Below are positions 53,447-61,514 of a stretch of 64,000 bases of DNA, piece by piece. The notes under the pieces were generated by a model that saw nothing but the letters and a program-made list of their open reading frames with translations, searched no databases and was not told the DNA's origin. The position numbers and the translations under genes were made by a program. How positions within the stretch are numbered: the first letter of the stretch is position 1; each line of letters starts with the position of its first letter. Source of the stretch: a virus (Duplodnaviria > Caudoviricetes); the IMG/VR virus record IMGVR_UViG_3300038443_002533, positions 96,001 through 160,000 of that record; one strand, 5' to 3'.

Positions 53447-53723
53447 TCTCAAAGATGGTCTGATCTTGTTGGCTGGCGGTATCGCCTACTTGTTCAGCGC
53501 CCTGGTATGGGAAATCGCGATCGCACGAATCACGATCTGGTGGGGTGAACAGTTTATCCAACTGCGCCCTACCCTCACTGGCTACCAGCCGCTGGGGTAC
53601 ACGATCGTGGGGTTGTTCTTTATGTTGGTCGTGATCCCGCAATTCTTTTGGTTCCCGGTCTTGTTCTTCAAAGAACTCAAAGAGCTGTGGGATGAACCAC
53701 ACGTCACACCTGTTATCGCTTAA
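53439..53723 (+). CDS. Two-TM membrane protein
   Basis: AAGGGAG RBS; two hydrophobic segments. Confidence 0.6.
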   Translation: MRNLKDGLILLAGGIAYLFSALVWEIAIARITIWWGEQFIQLRPTLTGYQPLGYTIVGLFFMLVVIPQFFWFPVLFFKELKELWDEPHVTPVIA

Positions 53724-53729
53724 CGAGCG

Positions 53730-53769
53730 CATAAGTGGCCCTAGGGAATTCCCTAGGGCCGTTTTTATG
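53730..53769 (+). terminator. CATA-hairpin-TTTTTATG element
   Basis: GGCCCTAGGG-AATT-CCCTAGGGCC is a perfect 24 bp palindrome; TATG at 53766-53769. Confidence 0.75.
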
Positions 53770-53794
53770 TTGTATCTTTTTTTTGTTCAAAATC

Positions 53795-54028
53795 ATGCGT
53801 TATTACATACAACAAAGTTTTTTGGTGGTGAGTTGGGTGCTCGTGGTGATGGGTTTGGGTCTGGACGGGGAATGGGCGATCTACCACTGGCCTTTCTGGC
53901 CCAAACTGATCTGGATGATTTCTACGTTCGTGACGTGCCTGGTGGGCGTATCGTTGGCGTGCAATTGGCCCCCATTTCGAAAGCGCGAAGCTACTGATGA
54001 AAAAGTATTGCCGGGAGGTAAACTGTGA
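53795..54028 (+). CDS. Small membrane protein
   Basis: Hydrophobic; start probably 53795. Confidence 0.45.
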   Translation: MRYYIQQSFLVVSWVLVVMGLGLDGEWAIYHWPFWPKLIWMISTFVTCLVGVSLACNWPPFRKREATDEKVLPGGKL

Positions 54029-54210
54029 AGAGAATTGCTGTAGGGATAGTGTCCGTCTTGCTGATGGCACTGGGTGTGCCGCTGGTGATTCTCGCGGCGG
54101 TTGCGGGTGTGGTGGCCGGTACGGCGTACTTCTTCGGGTATGGGTTTTGGACAGCCGCTGTAGCGGTACTGAAAATGGCGGATGATCATGGCGCACATTG
54201 TGAAAGTTGA
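54025..54210 (+). CDS. Hydrophobic two-TM microprotein
   Basis: GTGA overlap, GGAGG RBS. Confidence 0.55.
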   Translation: MKRIAVGIVSVLLMALGVPLVILAAVAGVVAGTAYFFGYGFWTAAVAVLKMADDHGAHCES

Positions 54211-54811
54211 CGGTATCGAGATGTTCGCCACGGCGCGTGGTCACAGTCTGGAATGCGACGAATGTGGCGACACCTATACCGGCGGCAATGGCGAAGACCG
54301 TGGTGGTCCAATCATGATCAACGGTTATCGTAGCGTTGACCGGAGTGAGATCGTCAGCGACGCTGCTCAACTTGGCTGGACCGGGTTGACGAAGTACCTA
54401 GCCCCCGCTGAAGTTAAAGGCATGGCTCCGCCAGATTTGTGCCCGGTGTGTTCGGTCATGAAACATGCGCCGTACTGGCCAACCGTGGTGCACGAACCCA
54501 AAGGCATCAAGACGTTGATGTACAGCGATAAAGGTCCGTTAGTGCAGCGCCATACCGTGGTGCGGCCCTTGGAGAAAGGCCCATTCGGAATCACCATCGT
54601 TGGCTGGCCTCTGCTCGACCGGTATAACCAACCACCGGCTGTGATGGATGTGAAATTCACCGCCAGTGAAAATGGCGTGAACAGTATCTATTTCGACGGT
54701 AGTGTTAAGTGGCCCTACCGAAAACGCGGCGAAGGCTTCAAGTCTGTGGCTCCCAAGATCCGTCTGTGGTCCTGGGGCGATGGCAAAGTCTACGCTAAAG
54801 AAATCACATAA
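54182..54811 (+). CDS. Zinc-finger hypothetical protein
   Basis: CDEC and CPVC pairs. Confidence 0.6.
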   Translation: MIMAHIVKVDGIEMFATARGHSLECDECGDTYTGGNGEDRGGPIMINGYRSVDRSEIVSDAAQLGWTGLTKYLAPAEVKGMAPPDLCPVCSVMKHAPYWPTVVHEPKGIKTLMYSDKGPLVQRHTVVRPLEKGPFGITIVGWPLLDRYNQPPAVMDVKFTASENGVNSIYFDGSVKWPYRKRGEGFKSVAPKIRLWSWGDGKVYAKEIT

Positions 54812-54825
54812 CTAACTAAAGAACC

Positions 54826-55800
54826 ATGTCCAAAAGAGAACACCCCGTTTCGACCCCGCACGATGTGGTTTGCTGTTATCATGCAAATTGCATGGACGGA
54901 CTCATCTCTGCGGCACTCATGCATCATCACTTCAAGGGTCAAGTCGAGTGCTTGCCGGTGCGTTACAACGAAGATCCGCCCCTGGAACTCATGAAGGGCA
55001 AACACGTCTATCTGGTGGACTTCACGTACCCAGTCGAAGCGTTGCAGGATCACATCGAATCGATGGCGTCGCTGACCGTGATCGACCATCACCAAGACGC
55101 CATGACGCCATGGGTCGGCGCAGCCGCACTGGGTGAATTCAAAGACACGACCGTGTTCTTCGACAATAACCGGTCGGGCGCTGCCCTGGTGTGGTTCTAT
55201 CTGCAACACCAGCTCGGTCAGACCTTGGGTGAAGGTACGCCACCGCTGCTGGTCCAGTATGCGCAAGAATACGATCTCTGGACCAAAGGTCTGCCGATGA
55301 CGGATGAAGTGCAAAGCGCGCTGCGTTTTAACTTCCCGCCGCATCAGGCCAATCTCGAAGAACTGGCCGACTACTTGATCAACGCTGGTCCTGCCGAGAT
55401 CGAGAAGCTCAAGTTCACGGGCGCGATCATCCAGCAGCAAGAAAAGACGATGGCCGAGTCCTTGATCCGCCGTGGCTTGCACTTCACCAAGTTCCTCGAC
55501 TACGAGAACATCCCGGTCTGTGCGATGCCGGCTGAACTCGCGAACCAGGCAGGCGAGATCATCTACAACCGTTATCCCGATGCGCCGTTCGTGGTGCTGT
55601 TCGAGGATAACTACAAACACAAGAGCCGCAAGTACTCGTTCCGCAGCCGCCGTGACGGCGGGGCCAATGTGTCGCAAATCGCGGCCCGTATTGGCGGCAA
55701 AGGGCATTACAATTCTTCCGGGGCAGTAGTTGACCTCGAACTCATTTTCGAGCAAGAAGTTCTGGTGTTCAAAGATGAAATCCCGGGTTGCATCGTCTAA
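54826..55800 (+). CDS. DHH/DHHA1 family phosphoesterase
   Basis: YH..CMDG, YLVDF, IDHH, FDN.RSGA, D.W, YSFRS, GG.GH...G. Confidence 0.88.
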   Translation: MSKREHPVSTPHDVVCCYHANCMDGLISAALMHHHFKGQVECLPVRYNEDPPLELMKGKHVYLVDFTYPVEALQDHIESMASLTVIDHHQDAMTPWVGAAALGEFKDTTVFFDNNRSGAALVWFYLQHQLGQTLGEGTPPLLVQYAQEYDLWTKGLPMTDEVQSALRFNFPPHQANLEELADYLINAGPAEIEKLKFTGAIIQQQEKTMAESLIRRGLHFTKFLDYENIPVCAMPAELANQAGEIIYNRYPDAPFVVLFEDNYKHKSRKYSFRSRRDGGANVSQIAARIGGKGHYNSSGAVVDLELIFEQEVLVFKDEIPGCIV

Positions 55801-55821
55801 ATCAATAACTAAGGAAACCAC

Positions 55822-56820
55822 ATGAGCCGCATCATTCGCCACACCACTGACATCAAGCGACATCGTGCCTTCATCCTCACCGTCGATTCGACCTACATCG
55901 AAAACGCGACGGCGCGGACCGCTGAAGGTCTGGTCAACGTGTTCGCCAAGCCGATCAACCACTACCCGCACGAACTGTTCCTGGACGACGCCCAGAGCTG
56001 CCTGGCGATCCGTGAACGTGAGTGGTGCGATAACTCGATCGCCTACACTTACAACGAACTGTCGCGCGACAACCAGATCGGCGCCTACATCCTGAACGCC
56101 AAGGGCGAGAAGAAGAAAGGTGACCCGAAGTACAAGCAGCTCCTGCCGTACCTGATCGCTCGCCAGAAGCAAGCCGACGGCAGCTACCTGTACTTCCCGT
56201 ACCGTCGTCTCGACACGGTCGGTGAATCGCGTCTGGCGGGCAACGGTTCGCTCGGTTACGGTGGTCACATCGATCTGGAAGACGTGGTCTTCGAGAACTC
56301 GGTGATCGACTTGAACGCCACGATCTTCAAGGCCGCGTGGCGGGAAGCCATGGAAGAATTTACTCTGCGTCCGCAACCTGGCAATAACGAGGTACTGGTA
56401 AATTCCCACTACCAAAACGCCATTTCGTTCGGTGACCTGTTCATCGTCGACAACTCCAACGACGTCGGCGAACTGCATCTGGGCATCATCATGTACTTCG
56501 ACGTTCCCGCCGGCTGGACCCTGGAAGCGTCGGAAGACGAACTGACCGCTCTGCCGCCGATGACGGCCGAACAGATGCTGGACGACCCGGCGTTCAAGCC
56601 GGAGAACTGGACGCTGTTCTACCTCCAACACGTGACGGACAAAACCGCGTTCCCGATCAGCGACCTGACCCACACGCCCGACGATGTGCTGAACATCGAC
56701 CACGGCGGCGTCAAAGTCGGCACCGTGCCGGCCGACGCGGTCACCGCCATCCTGGACGAACTGAAACAAGAAGAGAAGCAAGATGTCATCAAAGTCGCCG
56801 ACGACGGAGCAGCCTACTGA
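55822..56820 (+). CDS. Nudix/MutT-like phosphoesterase (COG4112-like)
   Basis: YKQLLPY, ESRL....SLGYGGHI, AWREAMEE, VG.LHLG. Confidence 0.8.
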   Translation: MSRIIRHTTDIKRHRAFILTVDSTYIENATARTAEGLVNVFAKPINHYPHELFLDDAQSCLAIREREWCDNSIAYTYNELSRDNQIGAYILNAKGEKKKGDPKYKQLLPYLIARQKQADGSYLYFPYRRLDTVGESRLAGNGSLGYGGHIDLEDVVFENSVIDLNATIFKAAWREAMEEFTLRPQPGNNEVLVNSHYQNAISFGDLFIVDNSNDVGELHLGIIMYFDVPAGWTLEASEDELTALPPMTAEQMLDDPAFKPENWTLFYLQHVTDKTAFPISDLTHTPDDVLNIDHGGVKVGTVPADAVTAILDELKQEEKQDVIKVADDGAAY

Positions 56821-56956
56821 CGGCTGGACCAACAACATCGATTGGAATAACGCGATCACGGGCAGTCCCGCCAATACGGTCGAGTTGAAGATCGATGAGG
56901 TTCAAACCCAATCGGTGACGAACGCCATCGACGTCGTCCCGACGGAAAAACCATAA
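56783..56956 (+). CDS. 57 aa ORF overlapping the Nudix 3' end in the +1 frame
   Basis: MSSKSPTTEQPTDGWTNNIDWNNAITGSPANTVELKIDEVQTQSVTNAIDVVPTEKP; coding-like codon use; weak RBS. Confidence 0.35.
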   Translation: MSSKSPTTEQPTDGWTNNIDWNNAITGSPANTVELKIDEVQTQSVTNAIDVVPTEKP

Positions 56957-56974
56957 CCGGGTTAATCCCCACTA

Positions 56975-57014
56975 CCCTGCCTCCTCACGGGGGCAGGGCT
57001 TTGGAGCTTTTATG
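56975..57014 (+). terminator. Hairpin plus TTTTATG (the ATG is the next start codon)
   Basis: CCCTGCCTCC-TCAC-GGGGGCAGGG. Confidence 0.6.
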
Positions 57015-57527
57015 CAAACCATTAATCGCGCAGCATTTATCGAGAAAGCTGCGGAAGTTTCGGCGCAGTGCCTGTATGACGTCCATGAGGGGCGGGGCGA
57101 TACTTCCATGGTCGAAGTCGACGGTAAGATGAAAATGAAACCGTTCTTGCCCTTGATCGCGCAAATCGTCGGCAAACCGGAAGGCCGCATCACCAGCATC
57201 TCCGACGGGGTCGGTGGCGTCATCGAGTTGTCGGTAACGGAAGAAGAAGACCTGGAAAATCGGACTAACTTCCATCTGGTGCAACTCGTGCGGAAAACCA
57301 TCCAGGATGCCGGCCGAGATTCCCCAGAAGCCGTTTTCGAAGCCGGCAAGCGTCTCGTCGAGCGTGCCACACGGGCGGGTTCGGTGCTGCTGATCGGCAT
57401 GAACACCGCCAAACAAAAGAAAGTCAGCCAGTCGAAAGACTTCGTGATCGTTGCCCCCTACAATGGCAAAGGTCAAACGCTGATGACCCCTGAACCCTCT
57501 ACCACCGGACAACGCTATGTCGGCTAA
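57012..57527 (+). CDS. Hypothetical protein with a degenerate domain A in its C-half
   Basis: FEAGKRLVERATRAGSVLLI. Confidence 0.6.
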   Translation: MQTINRAAFIEKAAEVSAQCLYDVHEGRGDTSMVEVDGKMKMKPFLPLIAQIVGKPEGRITSISDGVGGVIELSVTEEEDLENRTNFHLVQLVRKTIQDAGRDSPEAVFEAGKRLVERATRAGSVLLIGMNTAKQKKVSQSKDFVIVAPYNGKGQTLMTPEPSTTGQRYVG

Positions 57528-58299
57528 CTACATCTCCCCCATCGACGAAAAAATGATGGCGTATTCCCATCGCCTGCGAGACTTGATTCTCGAAGCGCAT
57601 GCGGAAGGCATCGTGTTCAGCATCGGGGCGGAAGATAATGGGGCGCTCGCACCATTGGAAAAGAATCAACGCCATCACCGTGTCGTGGTCGCAGTGCCGA
57701 AGCTGGAACATGAACACCCGCAGTTGTACACGCCGTACTCGATCACGGCCGAAGCCGTTGTCGAAACCACCCAAGCCATCGTGCCGGCGAAGAAGATCGA
57801 AGCGTATAAACCCCGACCTTTGGTGCCGCTTTACACCGAACTCAGTTCAGGTCTTTTCGTCAACAGGACGTTAATCTGTCCATGGCGCGTGGGTGATGAC
57901 CACGTCGAGACCTCGGCGCTGAAGTTTGATCGGGCCATGGATTTGCTCGCCTTGTCTAACAGCGATGCATGGTTTAAGTCCGGCAAGGTTCGCCAGAATG
58001 ACATGATCGGCGAAACGGTGACTCTGGCAGAAATTTTCTACATTAAGCCCAACAGTCAGGTGGATTCATTCAAAGTGTGGGAAATGCCAGGCGCATTGTT
58101 TCCCCCGGCAACTTCGGGCGATTACAAAGATCTGACGGTCGATTTCACATTTTCGTTGCCATTGGACTTGGGCACGATACGCGTGGCCGGCCGACTCAAT
58201 CGTTTGCACGGCCGGCTCCATCTGACCGCCAAAGCATCGCGGCCTGATGTCACCCCGTTAGGCTTTACGCTCAAAGCGGATCGTATTCAACCGAAATAA
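57517..58299 (+). CDS. Fusion of domain A and a domain resembling part of the phiKZ-family major capsid protein
   Basis: YSHRLRDLILEAHAEGIVF, then PWRVGD..TSALKF..MDLLALS...LGFTLKADR. Confidence 0.55.
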   Translation: MSANYISPIDEKMMAYSHRLRDLILEAHAEGIVFSIGAEDNGALAPLEKNQRHHRVVVAVPKLEHEHPQLYTPYSITAEAVVETTQAIVPAKKIEAYKPRPLVPLYTELSSGLFVNRTLICPWRVGDDHVETSALKFDRAMDLLALSNSDAWFKSGKVRQNDMIGETVTLAEIFYIKPNSQVDSFKVWEMPGALFPPATSGDYKDLTVDFTFSLPLDLGTIRVAGRLNRLHGRLHLTAKASRPDVTPLGFTLKADRIQPK

Positions 58300-58303
58300 A
58301 GCC

Positions 58304-58606
58304 ATGAGCGTGATCCGAAAGAAGATGGAGGCGTACGGTGACCGCTTGATGCAACTCGTCACCGAAGCATTTGCAGAAGGGATCGTATTGACACTGCCCG
58401 AACCGGAAGGTGGTGGGGTGTTGATCGATCCGCCGGAAGGACAACATGTCTATTCGATCTCGGCACCGATTCCATATATGGGGCTGACCCATTTGAGTTT
58501 GAAGCGCACGGAGCGACTGGTCGTGAAAGCTGTCGTGAAAGGCGAGTTGTCTGCGCCTGAAGAAATCGTTTTACCTGTTCGCATGCCGTTACCAAAAAAT
58601 ACCTAA
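58304..58606 (+). CDS. Domain-A protein
   Basis: YGDRLMQLVTEAFAEGIVL. Confidence 0.6.
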   Translation: MSVIRKKMEAYGDRLMQLVTEAFAEGIVLTLPEPEGGGVLIDPPEGQHVYSISAPIPYMGLTHLSLKRTERLVVKAVVKGELSAPEEIVLPVRMPLPKNT

Positions 58607-58621
58607 TAAGGAAGCACTAAC

Positions 58622-58963
58622 GTGAAAACTATTGAAGTCAAGAATAACGAAGCCACGAAACGTATCAACGTTTATGCTGAGCGTCTGCGTGAACTGGTGA
58701 TCGATGCTCTGTCCGAAGGCATTCAGCTGGAAATTCCTGTTATCGAGCGTGGTGGCGCGCTCAACAAGAAATCGCATGGTGTCGAACAATATGTCGTGAC
58801 CGCGGCCATCCCAAATCGCTGGCAACATCCGTATTACAACCAACCGCTGTGGGTGCGCGCCCGTGGCGTGATTGTGAACTGCCAACCTGATTACGAAGAG
58901 AACCGCGTCCTCCCGCCAAACGACGAACTGCTCGCCGCCAACGGTTCTGGTGGTGGTGAATAA
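58622..58963 (+). CDS. Domain-A protein (GTG start)
   Basis: YAERLRELVIDALSEGIQL; AAGGAA RBS. Confidence 0.6.
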   Translation: MKTIEVKNNEATKRINVYAERLRELVIDALSEGIQLEIPVIERGGALNKKSHGVEQYVVTAAIPNRWQHPYYNQPLWVRARGVIVNCQPDYEENRVLPPNDELLAANGSGGGE

Positions 58964-58989
58964 TAATAATCGCGAAAAGGAAGAACAAC

Positions 58990-59616
58990 ATGAAATTCGG
59001 TCCATTCCCGGGCGCTGTCCCAGCCCACCCGATCTTGCGGCAAAACACCGCCCAATACTTCGTCCACCCCAACACGATCGACCCGTGGATGGTCGGCGAT
59101 ACCGAGAACGCCACCTCGGCGCTGAAGTTCGGTGCACGCTTCAGCCTGCTCGATGTCTCGCAAGACGACGACATGCTGGTGACGGGAAAGATGACGGTGT
59201 GCGATGAAATCGATTCGCTGCTCAGTCTGGCGCGGGTGTACTACCGCACCAAGTTCGGCGACGTGAGCTACCTGGACGTGCCGCCGCATTCTGGCGCCTT
59301 GTTTGAACATACCGGCAACTCCCTCAGCGGGCTCACGCTGGATGCGACGGTCAAGGTCAACAAGTTCGGCGAACCGCGTTCCTGGTTCAGCCGGGCAGTG
59401 GACGGGCTCTACAAGTTGTTCAAGAAAGACCTGACGGCAGTGATGCACATCACGGGTGAAGCGAATACCCAGACCGGCATCATGCAGATCGATGTCACCA
59501 CCACCGATATGGATATTCGTCCGATCGGTTACACGCTGCGTGCGTATCGTCGCGACGCCAACCGCCAGTACCATGGCGCCGGCGGCGACCTCTCGCGTTG
59601 CCCGTACATGAACTAA
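58990..59616 (+). CDS. Stand-alone protein resembling a central segment of the phiKZ-family major capsid protein
   Basis: TSALKFG..FSLL.VSQ.D.ML..G.M...D.ID..L.L..VY and IGYTLRAYRRDANR match my recollection of gp120-family MCP. Confidence 0.6.
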   Translation: MKFGPFPGAVPAHPILRQNTAQYFVHPNTIDPWMVGDTENATSALKFGARFSLLDVSQDDDMLVTGKMTVCDEIDSLLSLARVYYRTKFGDVSYLDVPPHSGALFEHTGNSLSGLTLDATVKVNKFGEPRSWFSRAVDGLYKLFKKDLTAVMHITGEANTQTGIMQIDVTTTDMDIRPIGYTLRAYRRDANRQYHGAGGDLSRCPYMN

Positions 59617-59625
59617 GGAGCCACG

Positions 59626-60030
59626 ATGTCTGTTGAAGTAACGCTGCATAAACTGCCTGGCCTGCCGGAAACCCCGATCGAGATCCACGCTCTGGGTTGG
59701 CGTGGTGTTGGTTCCGACCATTCCCATTACGTCATCGGCGGCATGAACATGCTGGACAATCCGCAAGTCTCCGACGCGCGGATCGGTGATCATGAACGTC
59801 TCGACATCCTGTTCCAAAATGGACCGATCCCGCAAGTCGGCCACAATGGCGTGACAATCGAGCATCTGCTCGCGGTGTGCGGCCATCGTCTGGAAGAACT
59901 CCAAAGCGGCAAGTTCGCCAGCGAGTACAACCAAAAGGCGCTGGAACACATCCAAGGCGCGATCGCCTCGCTGAGCCAGCGTACGCTCGACCGTATCGCC
60001 CGTCAAGTCGAAGGCACGTACCAAACGTAA
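59626..60030 (+). CDS. tad1: Tad1-like nucleotide-signal sponge (anti-Thoeris / anti-CBASS family)
   Basis: H.HY.I...I.FQNGP....HNGV..E.LL....HRL..LQ.G.F.S.YN..AL.HI..A...L..R..DR..R.V.GT matches the Tad1 pattern over the whole length. Confidence 0.8.
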   Translation: MSVEVTLHKLPGLPETPIEIHALGWRGVGSDHSHYVIGGMNMLDNPQVSDARIGDHERLDILFQNGPIPQVGHNGVTIEHLLAVCGHRLEELQSGKFASEYNQKALEHIQGAIASLSQRTLDRIARQVEGTYQT

Positions 60031-60046
60031 TCGTAAGCGCAAAAAT

Positions 60047-60092
60047 ACCTAGGCTCCCTATCTTGGGGAGTCTAGGTTGTTATGCTGTCTGT
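60047..60092 (+). terminator. Hairpin plus TTATGCTGTCTGT
   Basis: ACCTAGGCTCCC/GGGAGTCTAGGT stem; the 13-mer at 60080-60092 is identical to 32154-32166. Confidence 0.7.
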
Positions 60093-60099
60093 AGAAATA

Positions 60100-60118
60100 A
60101 ACGCGACTATATCACTAA
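60100..60118 (+). promoter_or_regulatory. Early promoter candidate
   Basis: TATATCAC at 60108-60115, one mismatch from TATATTAC, intergenic. Confidence 0.4.
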
Positions 60119-60158
60119 CCCGAAGTACGGTACATTTACAATTAACAAAGGAACTATC

Positions 60159-60617
60159 GTGGAAAAAATTTCGATGACTGAAAGACTGATGTTTATTGCG
60201 GCAGTGCGTTGCATGGCCACGGCATTCAAAGAGACGGTTGGCGACCACCCCATCGCCCCGCAATTGTCTGCGGGTGTTATAAAAACGTGGATGGTGTTCG
60301 GCGTGTTGTTCAACAAGGCGGTCGATTCGTATCACGAACCGCTACGCGTAATTTCGAACGGAACAGCCCCCCGTCCGAATTTCTGGGTCGCGCCAGAGAA
60401 GGCCATCGATCCGGTAAGTGAAGACAACAAAGTCGAGATCGTCGACGGGCACTACCACGAATTCATGGACCGCGTGAACTGTCTGAACATGCTGTTCGAT
60501 TCACTCGTGGTATCGCACACCGTGACCGAGTTGTTACGTGATGATGTCAACCGAGTCGCGGAAGAACTGGCGGAACTCTACCAGGCTTCGGCCATGCTTC
60601 ACACCGACCGACCGTAA
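60159..60617 (+). CDS. Hypothetical protein (GTG start)
   Basis: AAGGAA RBS; VEKISMTERLMFIAAVR. Confidence 0.6.
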   Translation: MEKISMTERLMFIAAVRCMATAFKETVGDHPIAPQLSAGVIKTWMVFGVLFNKAVDSYHEPLRVISNGTAPRPNFWVAPEKAIDPVSEDNKVEIVDGHYHEFMDRVNCLNMLFDSLVVSHTVTELLRDDVNRVAEELAELYQASAMLHTDRP

Positions 60618-60621
60618 CTTC

Positions 60622-60792
60622 ATGGCATTCATTCAAATGACCAAGTCGCAAGGCGCGGCGTATCGCGCCTATCTCGACAGTTATCGCCGCCAGACCGGGC
60701 GAGAACCCGGCTCTGTCCAACGCACGGAAGCTTTTATCTGTGCACGTTCCACTGACCCATGGCGCCGTCCAGCCTGGGTTGCTCATCAATGA
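60622..60792 (+). CDS. 56 aa microprotein
   Basis: MAFIQMTKSQGAAY... fills the gap between neighbours. Confidence 0.4.
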   Translation: MAFIQMTKSQGAAYRAYLDSYRRQTGREPGSVQRTEAFICARSTDPWRRPAWVAHQ

Positions 60793-60807
60793 AAGAGAGT
60801 TGTCCCC

Positions 60808-61134
60808 ATGAATAAGAAAATGGAATTCATTTGCTCTTGTAAAGCTTTCATCGCTCGCTTCCGCGGCAAGCTGTCGGGCAACTTCGAAAAGCAAGTCATC
60901 GTCATCGACAATCGCAAGATCGTCGGTGCCCGCTTCACCGACTGTGAAATCTGGTATGGTGGCGGTGGCATCAACCTGGTCGATACCCATATCCAACACT
61001 GCACTTTCCATCTTTTCGGTCCAGCCAATCGAACTGGCATATACCTGAAGTGTTTGGACAAACTCGACCCCGAGCTGATCGTCAAAACATTCCCTGGCGC
61101 GATCGCGCACGCCCTTAAACCCTCTTCAATGTAA
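60808..61134 (+). CDS. Conserved hypothetical protein
   Basis: IDN......RF.DC.I.YGGG...L....I..C.F...GPA.RT. Confidence 0.6.
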   Translation: MNKKMEFICSCKAFIARFRGKLSGNFEKQVIVIDNRKIVGARFTDCEIWYGGGGINLVDTHIQHCTFHLFGPANRTGIYLKCLDKLDPELIVKTFPGAIAHALKPSSM

Positions 61135-61142
61135 GGATACTG

Positions 61143-61502
61143 ATGCGTTATCAAGTTTCGGCAGTGGCCACGTACGGTTACGGGTTGGCATTGCAAACCA
61201 TGATGGGGGCGTCTGAAGGCGGCCAGCAGTTTGGTCCGTTCCATTCACTGGAAGCTGCTCGGCCGTTTTACGATGCTGAGAAAGTCGAGCCGTACGACGA
61301 TGAAGGTCCTGATCTGTACGAGGGCGGTAAGAAAACCTACCGTAAGAACTTCCGTAAAGGCGGGCCACTGGAATGGTGCAACCCCTTCAATGACCAGATC
61401 AATTGGAACTGTCCTGAAGGATCGGTCAGTCCCTGGGGGCACGGCATTCATTTGGTGCTGATGCATGTGGACGGTGTGCAGCGTTTGTACCAGCTGGCGT
61501 AA
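61143..61502 (+). CDS. Hypothetical protein
   Basis: AAGGA RBS; RK.FRKG.PLEW.NP motif. Confidence 0.6.
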   Translation: MRYQVSAVATYGYGLALQTMMGASEGGQQFGPFHSLEAARPFYDAEKVEPYDDEGPDLYEGGKKTYRKNFRKGGPLEWCNPFNDQINWNCPEGSVSPWGHGIHLVLMHVDGVQRLYQLA

Positions 61503-61514
61503 CCAGGACTTATC

